NCBI GenBank assembly: GCA_038087875.1
Contig: JAXLNO010004041.1
Coordinates: forward strand, 1-64,000
From: Malacoraja senta
Lineage: Eukaryota
Length of the DNA: 64,000 bases
Direction: 5' to 3'
Each line of letters starts with the position of its first letter. Position 1 is the first letter of the stretch. Below the pieces are notes generated by a model, which had not been told where the DNA came from, did not search any database, and was given only the letters and a program-made list of their open reading frames with translations. The position numbers and the translations under genes are program-made. Of this stretch, positions 34,961 to 47,423 are shown piece by piece.

Positions 34961-37439
34961 GAATTGTGTAATAATTACCAGCAAAATCGGCTTGTCTATT
35001 AATTAGATATGTTATTACTAGATTTTAAAAATAATGAGATTAATAAGTACGGACCTATATTTTAGTCAACATGTATTCTCTATTTCCTGCTGCAATGGCA
35101 TGATGAATTGTCCATGTATATTAATGTGCCTATCTAAAAGCTTCTTGCACGCCACTCTCACACGTGCTTCCACTACCATGCCAGGGCAGCGCGTTCCAGG
35201 CACTCGCCCCTTCCTGCAGAAAAAAATCTGCCCGTGTATCTGCTTTAAACTTTGACCCTCACCTTAAACACACGCCCTCTCGTCCATCCAAGCATGGAAA
35301 ACGTCTCTGGCTGTCTTTCCCACCTTTGCCTATCAGTTTTAATGTATTTATTTCAGGTCTCCCATCAGCCTTAGTCATTCCAGAGACAGCTATCCAAGTT
35401 TGTCCACCTTCTCCTTGTAACTAATGCAGTCCAATCGAGGCAGCATTCCTGTAAAACTCTACACAAATTTACAACTTTCTTGGTCATCCACGATTCCCTT
35501 TCCTTTCCATGCTTATCCATCCTCCTTACTGGAACATGTTGACTCCCACGTTTCGCTGTGGACATGCCCAAGAACCTCCCCTTATCTAGCCGGCCTAGCA
35601 CGTGGCTTAGGTTGGATTGGCATTGTAATATGTTTTGCTCCAAGTTAGAACCCTCCTCCATCATCTAGACCTATCCCTAATAAAACGAATCTTAAAACGA
35701 AGGGTTGTGATAAAAATCTCCAAAATACTCTTCCAGCACAACACCTGTCCAGAGTAGTTTTCCAATGCAACGTCCAGAATGGTCCTATTTCGGGTCGGAC
35801 TATTCACATACAGTTTAAGGAAACATTCTTTGATTCACGTAATAAATTAACCTGATGATTGAGTAGGGTGTAGTTTATTTTGGGGAACTTATTGTCACCC
35901 ACTTCAATAAACCCGTGGTTCTTGTATCATTTCGTAACCTGTGTAACTGTAATCTGTCCCCCTTCCCCACCGACTACTGGTTGGCCTATTATTTATTCAA
36001 TTTGGAGCGGTTGCTCTTATTTTTAAGATCAACTCATGTTGCCTCCATACACATTGTCTGTAGTATATCATATCTGAATACCACTATGCATTATCCGTGA
36101 TTTACAAAATAATCAGTAATCAAAAAATGGTCTGTGCCCCAGCTAATGAAAGCAAGCATCGCAGAAGCCTTCTTATGATTAGGAATATTAGACTTATTCC
36201 TGATTTTCCACTTGCACAACGATATTGTATTGGTTGTTCTCCACCCATCTACAACCTTGTCTGCGCCAATGAAGATACAAAGTATGGCTATCAGGTCCTC
36301 AACAATCTTCGCGCCTGCCTTCCATGGCTGTTTGTGATACGCCTCAGCAGATACGGGGGATCCAGCTATGTTTAAACCTATGATGATATCTGACGCCTCC
36401 ATAATACATGTTCGCTATAATTTCACTGCCACCCCTGAGAATTCGTCAAATGCAATGCTCTTTTCAGCAGAGAGTTCACGTGGAAAGTATTTATTTGTGA
36501 GATCCCCACAGTAAGGCATGTTAAATATCCGATCTCGATGTCTGGTGATCCTCCAGCTCCAATAAATGTATTTAAATTTGTTTTCGAATTTCACTTCATC
36601 TTATCCCCAAGGCAGATTATTGCAACAATTTTCTTTGCCTTCCGATATATTTTATGTTTCCCTGTACACCCTCAAACTCTTGAAATTGATAAACGTGTTC
36701 AATGCAGATGGGGAAATCGTTTGGCACGGATGTGTCTGAAAGGCTCTATTCGGTGCTGCACAATGTTTCTCTAACTGTATCTCCCATCCAGACTTTGTCT
36801 GGCATCCACTTTGAACCTACCATCATCTACCCCCATGAACAAGGCCACAGAACTAAATAACTGACGCATGGTAATCAACTCAGAAGATGTTGTCACAGTA
36901 AACCACATCGCTGAGAAGAACAGTGCAACCGCACAATATATCGCGGCAGTTGCCTGGCCACGGAGTCATGGAGAAATACAGCACATAATAAGTCATTCGG
37001 CCCACAGGATCCGGGCTGACTACCCGTCGATGATTTTGACCATTCCTTATTTAATCCCATGTTTTCTTCACCCTCATTCGTGTCTCCCCGGAGCTCGCAG
37101 ATTCTTCACTCTCATGCACAACACTGTACTGATTATTTACAAATAACTATTTACATATTAACATGTTCATCCTTTGGATTTGGTGGGCAGAGAGGGGCGG
37201 CACTGGAAGAACCTAGGCGGCAACAGGGAGAACATACACACTGCAAATTGGCGCCATTCGTGTTTGGAATTCAACCCATTTGTCTGGTACGGCGAGGCAG
37301 CGGTTGTACTTGTTATGCTTCTGTACTGTTCTAAACGCTCCAAAAGTGACAACAGATCACCAAACTCCGAATCAATCCCCCCTAACAATAGCTGATACGC
37401 CGACATACTAAGGTAACTAATGTAACGCCACTTTTTAAG

Positions 37440-38150
37440 AACGGAGGGAGAGAGAAAACGGGGAGTGATAGACCAGTTAGCCTAACATTGGTAATGTGAA
37501 GATGCTTGAGTCGATTATCAAAGATGTAATAGCTGCACGTTTGGAAAGCGGTCAAAGTCAGCGGATCTTTGAAGGGGAAATCATGCTTTACTAATCTTCC
37601 GGAATTTTTTGAGGATGTAACAAGTATAATGCATTAGGGAGAGCCAGTTGATGTCGTGTATCTGTACTTTCAAAAAGCCTTTGACAATTTCTCACACAAG
37701 ACATCAGTGTGCAAAATTACAGCACGCGTCATTGGGGGTAAGGTATTGACATGGATAGAGAACTGGTTGGCAGGCAAGAAGCATAGAGTAGGAATTAACG
37801 GGTCCTTATCAGACTGGCAGATAGTGACTAGTTGGGGTGCTGCAAGTCCCAGTGCTGGATCCCAGTTATTTACAATACATATTAACGATTTAGGCGAGGG
37901 AATTAAATGTAACATCTACAACTTTGCGGACGACACAAAGCTGGGTGGTAGTGTGAGCTGCGAATGGGATGCTGAGGCGGCATGGGATGCTGAGGCGGCA
38001 TTAGTTCATAGAGCTAACTGAATCAAGGGCAGAAAGCAGGAACATGGTACAGATTCTAGATGATCAACCATGATCATATTGAATGACGGTGCTGGTTCGA
38101 TGGCGCGAATGGCTAACTCCTGCGCCTATTTTCTATGTTTCTATGTTTCT
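37440..38150 (+). mobile_element. CR1 copy with large internal deletion
   Basis: YFQKAFD...NFADDTKLGG jumps to the 3' end with an ATGTTTCT tail. Confidence 0.85.
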
Positions 38151-38459
38151 ATACTGCGGCAGCGACCTCCATATATAGCTGTGCAATGCAGAGGGCAGTA
38201 TTGTGCTTTAGAATCCGGAAATAGACTCGCCTGAAACTCAATGGTAGAGTGTAAAAATTGGCGGGTTTCCACCGGTGAATGTTTCAAGTGCGCTCATACA
38301 TTCTGTCAGTCGGTGGCGTCCTTTAGATTAATGGACAGCAACTATTTCCAACTCTCTGAACATGCAACGCCGTGAGCCAGCTGGACTGTCCGATTAAACT
38401 AAACATTGAGCAGTTTCCAAAAATGCTTCAATCAAGAAATTGATTTTTTTCATCGGCAC

Positions 38460-39470
38460 TAGGGATGGTGGGAGGGATATTCCTCGTGAATTTGGGAGAA
38501 GGTGGATGTCAGTGGTTAAGGAAATTATATGAAATTATATTATACTGCTCTGATGCAGGAGACAGTCCCGAATCAGTCGTAGATGTGGCGGTGAAAGAGT
38601 TGGAGGATAGGGCCAATGTACACCTGGAACAACGACTGTTCGACGTACCCGACCAAAATGCATGCATATCCAGTGTTCATTCGGGACCACGTGGCTTTAC
38701 CTTTAACTTGGTGAAAGTGAGAGTAGTCTAAAGAGAAGTTGTTCCGGTCGAGGAGAAATTGCGCCGGCGGAGAAGAGCGTTAGTAAAGCGGCATTGAATG
38801 TGTCTCTATTCGAGGAAGAAGCAGAGTGCCTTGAAACTCAGAGCAGGAGAGAGATGTGATGGAATTGAACGACCATGGTGAGAATGACGCAATGGGGCCT
38901 CGATAGCCTATGTTATTAAAGAGATGAAGGGCGAGTGAGTTCTGGTTGACGGAGGTGTGAGGTGGCTCAAGGCGAGGGATGAAATGGAATCGACGTACGT
39001 AGAGATGGGTTCAACGGGGCAGCAGAAAGCAGTGACAATGGGTCTGCCAATGCTGTCTGCTTTGTGGATTTTGGGGAGGAGCGGACAGCGTGGGGACGAG
39101 GAACTATGAGGATGGTGGTTGTGGAGGGGAGATCGCCGGAGGCGCTGCGACCAGAAACGGCCTGGGAGGTGATGGCCAAGAGTGCGTCCGTGGGATCATG
39201 GTCGATGTGTAACTATGAGGAGGTGTGCGAGAGCTGATCTGTTACCTCAACTGGGTACAGGTCAGCCCGCCAGATTACAATTTCATCTCCCTTGTTGGTG
39301 GGTTTACTAACAATGTCTGGATTTTTGCTGTGAGATTGGACGGCTCTGCGTTCAGATGGGGTGAGATCGGTAGAGAATTCAAGACAGTTGATGTCGCGCC
39401 GGCAGTTGGGAATAAAAAGGTCCAGAAAAGGCACACAGGTCTTTACTGCATCGACCCAAAACGTAACAAA
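38460..39470 (-). mobile_element. Decayed PLE reverse transcriptase region
   Basis: Minus-strand remnants: NNFSL...QVKGKATWSRM...YACILVGYVEQSLF...RHIYD (cf. GVAMG...YVEQ...RYIDD) and IVSKPTNKGDEIVIW (cf. KPADKG). Confidence 0.75.
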
Positions 39471-39762
39471 GACACATAATGCTGAGTAACTCCGGGAATC
39501 AGGCAGCATTCCTGGAGAAAATGGTCTGGTGATGTTTCGGGTTGGAAACCTTATTTAGTCTGAAGAAGGGTTCCGATCCAAATAGTCGCCGATCCATGTT
39601 CTCCAGCGACGATTTACTCCGCGTTTCGTCTCTGTCTTCGGCATAAATCAACACATGAAGATCCTTGTTATTGTGTCACCCACCCCTGTTCCCCAGAGAT
39701 GCTGCCTGACCTGCTGATTTACTCCACCACATGTGTCCTTTTTCTAAAATCAATATCTGCTA

Positions 39763-39795
39763 GTCTGAAGAAGGGTCTCGACCCGAAACGACACC
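39763..39795 (+). ncRNA. Minimal hammerhead-ribozyme-like motif (PLE type)
   Basis: CTGAAGA-A-GGGTC-TC-GACCC-GAAAC-GAC has a perfect stem II. The cleavage triplet is GAC rather than GTC. Confidence 0.6.
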
Positions 39796-40222
39796 CATTC
39801 CTTCTCACCAGAGATGCTCCCTGTCGCGCTGAGTTAATCCCGCACTTTGTGTCTATCTATTGAAGATAATGTATCTCGAGACTCCTTCTTCTGGCTGTTC
39901 TCTGGTGAATGTGGATTTCGCATTTATCTTCCTGCCACCACGGGGATTTATCTCATGGGCACGACATCCCGTCGACGTCTCAAAGACGCAAATTGGTTGA
40001 CCGAGTTAATGACTTCCATGATTTGGTCATAAAACAGTTGGGCAGTTGGGGCGTTAGGGGATAAATTGAATAGGCGTGCGGAGGGCAAATGGGCTGCAAT
40101 GAGTACCATGACAGTCGGTATTCATTTGATGGTGTCTCGAATGGTATCTCGGAACATTAGATGCAATCATATAACCTAGATCACGAAGTAATTTCGAAAA
40201 AATTTTCAGTTTCACCGTGACA

Positions 40223-41133
40223 TTAAAAACACTTTATTAAATCGGAAAAGAAAACGAATGTGCGCTTAATCCCATTTTAAAATTTATCCCTGAATTTTTT
40301 CTGGGACACCCCATAAATAAACGTGTTGGTACAGGAACTCAGAGCCCTCAGCAAATATCCGGACTGTTCTGCAATGGTAAATGGATCGTTGTAATCTGAT
40401 CCTAAAATGTGAACGTCCAGGAAGTATGCACTCAGGAAACACACGAAGGTCACCATCCAAAGTAGTACGAAGCTACCGGATATGGCCTGCAATAGAACGA
40501 TGGACTTCCTTCTGTTCTCCACCTCGATATCTGCGCCGGTCTAAGTATTTTTTCTCCCTCGGAGACTGCTCCTCACTCTATTGGCGTGTACAATGTGTCT
40601 TATGGTCATGGCGTTGAGGAGCATGATCAGTAAAATTGGTGCAAATGGGGTGAGAATTGTTTCGATCACCCAAAGTACTGCCCATAACGGCGAGGTGTAG
40701 ATTTCCGATGATGTCCAACAGTACCAAGCTACATTGTCAACCAGTTGTAGAGGTTCGAGGGAAATATAGACTGGAATATTTTGAATAATACTCAAGATAC
40801 ACGTCAGTGCTATCACCAAAGCCGCAGTTTTCTCAGTGCAATATTCTGCTCGTAAATTCTGATTGCAAATATTGATAAATCGATCGAAGGTGAAAGTCAC
40901 TGTTAGCCAGACAGAGCAATCAATAAAAATACAATTCACGAAAATATGCAGCTTACACATGTGGGTTAAGTAGAGGAAGGTAATCGGAAAATAGGCAACT
41001 GTAATCTCTGAGAGAATTACCTCGAATATCAGAACCATTAGATCAGCTACGGCCATGGATACCAGATAGAGGGTGATACATTTAGAGAGACCACACTTTC
41101 TCCTGGAGAAGATAACGATTGCAAACAAGTTAG
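40223..41133 (-). pseudogene. GPR139-like class A GPCR, exon 2 (TM1 end to C-tail), two in-frame stops
   Basis: Acceptor TTTTCTACAG|CT. Motifs MAVADL (TM2), FTFDRF (TM3), ENRRKSIVLL (TM6), SSCTNTFIY (TM7). ORF pieces 40541-41128 and 40277-40522 share one frame, separated by TAG 40543-41. A second stop TAA at 40279-77 precedes NGIKRTF...KCF-stop at 40223. Confidence 0.9.
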
Positions 41134-42591
41134 CTGTAGAAAAGACGAAATTAAAATTAAACTAACTATAATTTATTGTTCTAGGAGAATATTACTTTGA
41201 CAGTACTTCGTATGGAAGTGAATAGTTTTATTGATTCGGTAAGCTGCTCCTTTTACTCGTGTCACCCACACATCTTTATGGATGAAAGGGAAATAATATA
41301 GATGAATTTTGCTAAACAACAATGAACAGAATCCAGCGGCCAATGTCATAACTGGATTTGCAGAATCACGGCATACTGAAGCACCGGCTGAACACACGTG
41401 GTCACAGGGAGGACGCGCAAACTTAACACAGTTAGCACCAGAGGTCAGGATCGAACGCGGTCTCCTGCGCTGTGAGTGCGGCCCAGTGTCCAGTTTCCTT
41501 TGACTTGCGAAACGTTGCTCGCTGTTTACCTTACCTAGCAGGTTGTCGGTAACGCATCGGTTTTTGTGGAATCATTTGTGAATTTGGGAAGTTCGCGTCA
41601 AAAGGAAAATCATACGACTATGTTTCTTAAGCGACATAGAAGAGATGAACCGTACTTGTCACCATCCATATCGCAGGAGCAGAATTCGCCGGATTAGATG
41701 TCAGTGTTGGCGATGAAGAATAAATACCATCTGGTTTATTTAATGCCGCTACTGGAATCAGGAAAGTCCGGACCAGCTACACATTGGTGTTGCATAACAG
41801 CTGCGAGCACCTATTAATGCAGTGGGCGATAGGATGAACCCGTGAATACGAGGTGCGCCACTAGAGGAGCCGTGGCAGGATCTCGTCTGCTTCTCATTGG
41901 GAGACAATGTCAAAATACGTTCATAATTTATTGATTTTTACCCCGCACCCTCCGCAACATAACGGTAGGATTTACATAATCCATTCGCACTAATCTATGA
42001 ACATAAATCTGTATTTCTAGCCGAGGACTTGCGCCCTAAATTATTGACAATCCACAGATCAAATGCTCATCATGATCGGTATGATTAATGTCATTTCCTC
42101 TCATTGAACAGAGAACAGGTCTAGAACATTCAACATTGAACATACAACACTGAACTGAGAACACATTCACATAGATTAACCCGCTGTCTGTGTAAACTTT
42201 ACTCATTTTGCCAGTGGCGAGTGAATGGGTAAGTGCGATAATATGGAATCAGTGTGAACATGTAATCGATGGTCGGCGTTAGCTCCCATGCTGTGTCTCC
42301 AAAATAAACGAGTAAAGCACAGTAACACGTTCTTCGGTCTACAATGTTTAGACCAAACGTAACGCCATTTTAAACAAAACACGTTTACAGGAGGTCTATA
42401 TCCTACGATCACTGCCTGTCCATGCGTCCGTCTAAATAGCACAGGATCTATTGGCAGTAGATAGAATTGTGATGAATGTGTTTTCGGTGTCAATAATTGT
42501 ATCAGTGGCTCGGGCAATAAGTCATAGCAAACATATTTTAACAGTATATGCAACACGTCGGTTCATCGGCTGAAAAGAATAAAGGGCTTAC

Positions 42592-42661
42592 CAGGAACAC
42601 CAATGATGGCAAGAATAGGGTAGAAAATGTTCTCAACCTGGTTGAGTACAGGTAGTGTCAT
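42592..42661 (-). pseudogene. GPR139-like GPCR exon 1
   Basis: MTLPVLNQVENIFYPILAIIGVP|GTAAG. The phase-1 join to exon 2 restores GVPANL (TM1 Asn). Confidence 0.9.
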
Positions 42662-42772
42662 GCTCAAAGATAATGGACGTTTCCTGCCAATGGTCTGGCA
42701 GGTCGCTTATAACTTTTAAAGTTAGTAGCTTATTCTCCAGAGAAAACATACGACTACGAATCAAGGCAAATT

Positions 42773-42841
42773 AATTGGGATTAGTGTCGGTCATTTAAAC
42801 AAACAATGTTTGCCAGATCACGTTAGCTGCTGCTAATTATG
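42773..42841 (-). promoter_or_regulatory. Conserved upstream block of GPCR copy B
   Basis: Paralogous to 34892-34960, ~110-180 bp upstream of the ATG. Confidence 0.45.
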
Positions 42842-44089
42842 TAGTTACGTAATAACTGCCATCCAAGCCGGTTGTTCTATAAAATAAATTATTATATTAT
42901 GCAAAATAAAGAGAATTATCAGAAAGAACAAATTTCTTGATCTATTTACGTTCGCTGTTTCATGCAGCAACGTAATGATGAATTATCATGCATGACCATG
43001 TACTCATCCAAATACGCTTTAACGCCGCTTTTACACCTGCGTCCAACATTGCTGGCAGCGCGTTCAAGGTACAAGGATCTCTCTCTAAAATTCTTGACAG
43101 CGTATCCCCTTCAAAGTTTAACCCTCTCCCCTTAAACATTTCCTCTCTAGTCCCTTCAACGTGGAATAGTTTCTGACTGTCAATACCATCTATGCCTCTC
43201 TTAATATTACATATTTATTTTAGGTTTCCCATCAACCTTTGGCATTCCAAAGAAAGCAATCCAAGTTTCCCCTGCTTCTCTTTGTGGCTAACGCAGACCA
43301 ATCCAAGAAGCATTCTGGTAAGTGTCTTCTGCACTCACTTCACAGCTCCCAAATCGTTGCGGTAAGAGGGCGAGCAGAACTGCGCGCAATCATTAAAATA
43401 CGATCAACCCACAGTGTTATCAAGCTGCATCGTGACTTCGTGAAAATTGCAACGTTGGCCACTATTTAACCTATCTTTCAACGGCAGTCGTAAAGGACCA
43501 ACCGATTCACGTCATCTTTCATTACTCATTGTGTCGATACGTACGGAATTTTCTCGACTGAGCCAAATATATTTTAAACATTGATTTATAACTCTACACT
43601 TGGGTAGACTGTTGTTCAAATTAGGATCCAATTTTATTGTCTCGTTAAATTGGATTATATCTATCAATGTAATGGCGATAATATCGGAAACACGTACACG
43701 TCAGGCAGAATCAGCAGAACAATGGGATGCGCCACGTGACAGACCCTTATCAGGTCCTCTTTCAGAGTTTTCCGTTTGTTCTATTCTCCTTTGTGATTTC
43801 CTGTGTATGCATTTATTACATGTGTCATTGATTTTGAATCTAAAGCCCATAATTAATGTTTGAACGATACAGCGTGGAAACAGTGCTTTCGGCCTACTGA
43901 GTCTGCACAAAACAATGATCACCCATTCGGATTGTAGAAACGAAGAACTGTAGATGCTGTTTTACAAAAATGTACACCAAGTGAAGGAATAAATGAACGG
44001 ATCAGGAAGCATCACTACAGAAAACGATTCGGTGCGGTTTAGAGTCTGGACACTTTTTCAGGCTGATTTTGCGGGGATCTAAAAGAGAG

Positions 44090-44183
44090 GCAGACACAAA
44101 ATGCTGGAGTAACTCAGCGGGCGAGGCAGCATCTCCAGAGATAAGGAATGGGCGTCGTTTCGGGTCGAGACCCTTCTTCAGAC
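44090..44183 (-). mobile_element. Hammerhead-bearing PLE terminal unit
   Basis: Minus strand: GTCTGAAGAAGGGTCTCGACCCGAAACGAC...GATGCTGCC...GCTGAGTTACTCCAGCATTTTGTGTC. Confidence 0.75.
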
Positions 44184-44954
44184 AGATGTAAGGACAATGT
44201 TGGAATGTACTCGGAGACAGTAAGACAAGTGGGAGACAATAAACAATAGGTGCAGGAGTAGGCCATTCGGCATTTCAAGCTGGCACTGCCATTCAATGTG
44301 ATCATGGCTGATCATCCACAATCAGTACCTCGTTCCTGCCTTCTCCCCATATCGCCTGACTCCGCTATCATCAAGAGCCCTATCTAGCTCTCTCTTGAAA
44401 GTATCCAGAGAACCAGCCTCCACCGCCCTCTGAGGCAGTGAATTCCAGACTCACCACAGTGAGAAAAGGTATTTCCTCATCTCCGTTCTAAATGCCTTAC
44501 CCCTTATTCTTAAACTGTGGCCTCTGGTTATTGACTCCCCCAACATCAGGAACATGTTTCCCTAATAATTGTCTGCATATCCACGTGCCCATACAAAAGC
44601 CTCCTAAATGTCTCTATCACATCTGCCTCATCACCACAACCCCTGGCAGTGCATTCCACGCACCCACAACTCCCCTATGTTAAAAAAAATACATGCTCTG
44701 CACATCTCCTTTAAAACCTGTCCCTCTCACCTTAAAGCTATATGCCCTCTAGTCTTTGTCATTTAAATGCTGGGAAACAAATATATTCTCATTCTCCAAC
44801 CAAATCTATGTCTGTCTTAAATTTAGAAACTTCTATCAGGTCTCACAGCCTCCGACGTTCCAGAGAAAAACATCCAAGTTATCCATCCTCTCATTAGAGT
44901 TAATACCCTTGAATCTAGGAGCATTATGGAATATGAAGTGGCAGTGGGTAATCT

Positions 44955-45262
44955 AGTCTAGAGATACAGCACGGAAACAGGCCCTTCGGCCCACTAGGTT
45001 CGCGCCGACCAGCGAACCCCGCACATTAACACTATCCTACACCCACTAAGGACAATTTTTACATTTACCAAGCCAATTAACCTACATACTTGTACATCTT
45101 TGGAATGTGGGAGGAAACCGAAGATCTCGGAGAAACCTACGCAGGGCACGCAGAGAATGTAGAAACTCCATACAGACAGCACCCGTAATCGGGATCGAAC
45201 CCGGGTCTCCAGCGCTGCATTCACTGTAAATCTGCAACTCTACCGCTACGCCACCGCAACTG
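44955..45262 (-). mobile_element. Well-preserved full-length HE1/V-SINE-like SINE
   Basis: tRNA-like head GGTGGCGTAGCGGTAGAGTTGC...GGGTTCGATCCCG, V core, CR1-like 3' end GGGCCGAAGGGCCTGTTTCC and tail. Confidence 0.92.
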
Positions 45263-45669
45263 TGTTGAAAGAGCTGGTATAGGAAGGAACTGCAGATGCT
45301 GGTTTAAATCGAAGATACACACAAAAAGCTGCAGTAACTCACACAACAACTCTGGAGAGAAGGAATGGGTGATGTTTTGGGTCGAGACCCTTCTTCAGAC
45401 GGAGTCTGATGCTTGGGCCAAACAGCAGGAAACTGGATGATAAGGGGGAAATCCCATCTTCAAAAAGAATAGTGCATTGTGAAATACATTTTTCTTGCTA
45501 CTCCTCAGCCTGGGGCTACCATTACTGGGGAGGGGCAGAATGCTATTTACATGGTAGCTCAGTGAGTCCTCTGTTTCCCGGCATTGACTTTCCTTATAGT
45601 CCCAGCATTAAATTTCCTTTGAGCTGTCGGTCAAATATACAGCCCAAAAATAAGAAATATTTTACACCA

Positions 45670-45800
45670 ATCTGATGAAGTGTCTCGACCCGAAACGTCA
45701 CCTATTCCTTTTCTCCAGAGATACTGTCTGACCCGCTGAGTAACTCTAGCATTTTGTGTCTATCTTCAGTGCAAACCAGCATCTGCAGTTCCTTCTTTCA
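45670..45800 (+). ncRNA. Hammerhead-bearing unit with canonical CTGATGA and GAAACGTC
   Basis: CTGATGA 45672-78, stem II with one mismatch, GAAACGTC 45692-99 (predicted cleavage after 45699). Confidence 0.62.
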
Positions 45801-47301
45801 CTACAAAAATGGGTTGATTAATTGACAGATACAGCATGCAATCAGGCCCTTTGCCTACCGAGTCGACGCTGACCACCGATTACTCATTCCTCCAAATATC
45901 GGACTATCTTTAATCAGACTTTACCTTGCACTAAACGTTATTCCCTTTATCCTGTATCTGCAGTGTGGTCGGCTCGATTGTAATCATGTATGATGTTTCC
46001 GCTGACTGGTTACATGCATCAAAAAGCTTTTCACTCATTGTATCTCAGACAATAAACTAAACTCCACTAAGCTAGGCTAAACTCATTGACGTTGGTTCTG
46101 TGTTATCACACTTTCTCATCCACTTCCTACACACTGGGGGCAAACCCGCATGTCTTTGGGATGTTAGACGAAACCGGAGCACTCGGAGTAACCCCACTCA
46201 GTCACAGGGAGAATGTGCAAACTCCACACAGATGGCACCAAGTATCGGGATAGAACCCGGGTCTCTGGTGCAGCGAGACAGGAGCTCCACCTGCGTGTCA
46301 TTAAGGGTGTCATTAAGCTGGAATGAGTACTAAGAAGATTTATGAGGATGTTGCAAGGACTTAGGGGCCTGAGTTACAGGGAGAGGCGGGGCAGGTTAGG
46401 ACTTTATTCCTTAGAGTGCAGGACACAGAGGGATGATCTTACAGCGGTGTATAAGATCATGAGGGGGATAGATGAGGCGAATGCATAGTCTTTTAACCAG
46501 AGTAAGGGAATCAAGAACAAATGGTACCAAGGTGAGAGAGATTTAATAGAAATTGAGGAGCAACTTTTTCACACAGGGGACGGTAGGTATATGGAAAGAA
46601 CTGCCAGAAGTGGTAGTGGAGGCAGGTACCATAACATATCTTTAGATAGCCACATAGGTTGGAAAGGGTTATGCGCCAAATCTGGACAGGTGTGGATGGG
46701 GCATCTTGGTTGGCAAGCGCAAGTTGGGCTGAAGGGCCCGTTTCCATGCTCTAAGCCTATGACTCTACGAGCTGCAACATAGCTGAATTAGAAATCGATA
46801 GCTTTTTCAAAACTGGTATGTTAAATGAGTTTTCCCACTGTATCAGCTCACTCTGGAGACCCAAAATTGTGTTTGAAGTTCCCATTGTATTTTCCTGGCG
46901 TTACCTACATATATCAACAATGTCCTTCCTTACATGTGGTGGTACCTGTTAAACAGATTTCAAAATCAATTAAATACAACTGCAGATGCTGGAAATCTAA
47001 AATAAAAGCAGAATATGCTGCAAACATTCAGAAGGTTAAGTTTCATTTGCGGTAAGAGAAACTGAGTAACTAGATCAAATATCCTTATAAGTGTTCTGAT
47101 GCCTGTTGCAAAACCAGTTTGACTATTTTACTGCAAACCTCCGTCTGATGCAACTTGGAAGGTATTTTTGTTCAAAGGGTGGAAGGGTTCATGAAGTAAG
47201 AATGGAAGGTTGGCATGCAGTAAGCCATAGAGATACAATATGGGCATAGTTACAACATCATTAGTCTCGGATGGTCTGTGGTAACACTTGAGCAACCTTG
47301 C

Positions 47302-47423
47302 GTAGGAAGGAAATGCAGATGCTGGTTTAAATCGAAGATAGACACAAAATGCTGGTGTAACTCAGTGGGACAGGCATCATCTCTGTAGAGAATGGGTGAT
47401 GTTTCGGGTCGAGACCTTTCTTC
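47302..47423 (-). mobile_element. 122-bp hammerhead-bearing unit flanked by an 11-bp TSD
   Basis: AGCAACCTTGC (47291-301) and AGCAACTTTGC (47424-434). Confidence 0.72.

Noticed and set aside
44955-45262. tRNA genes suggested by A/B-box-like sequences
   Set aside because: All occur as heads of SINE copies followed by the V core and LINE-like tail; none forms a complete cloverleaf.
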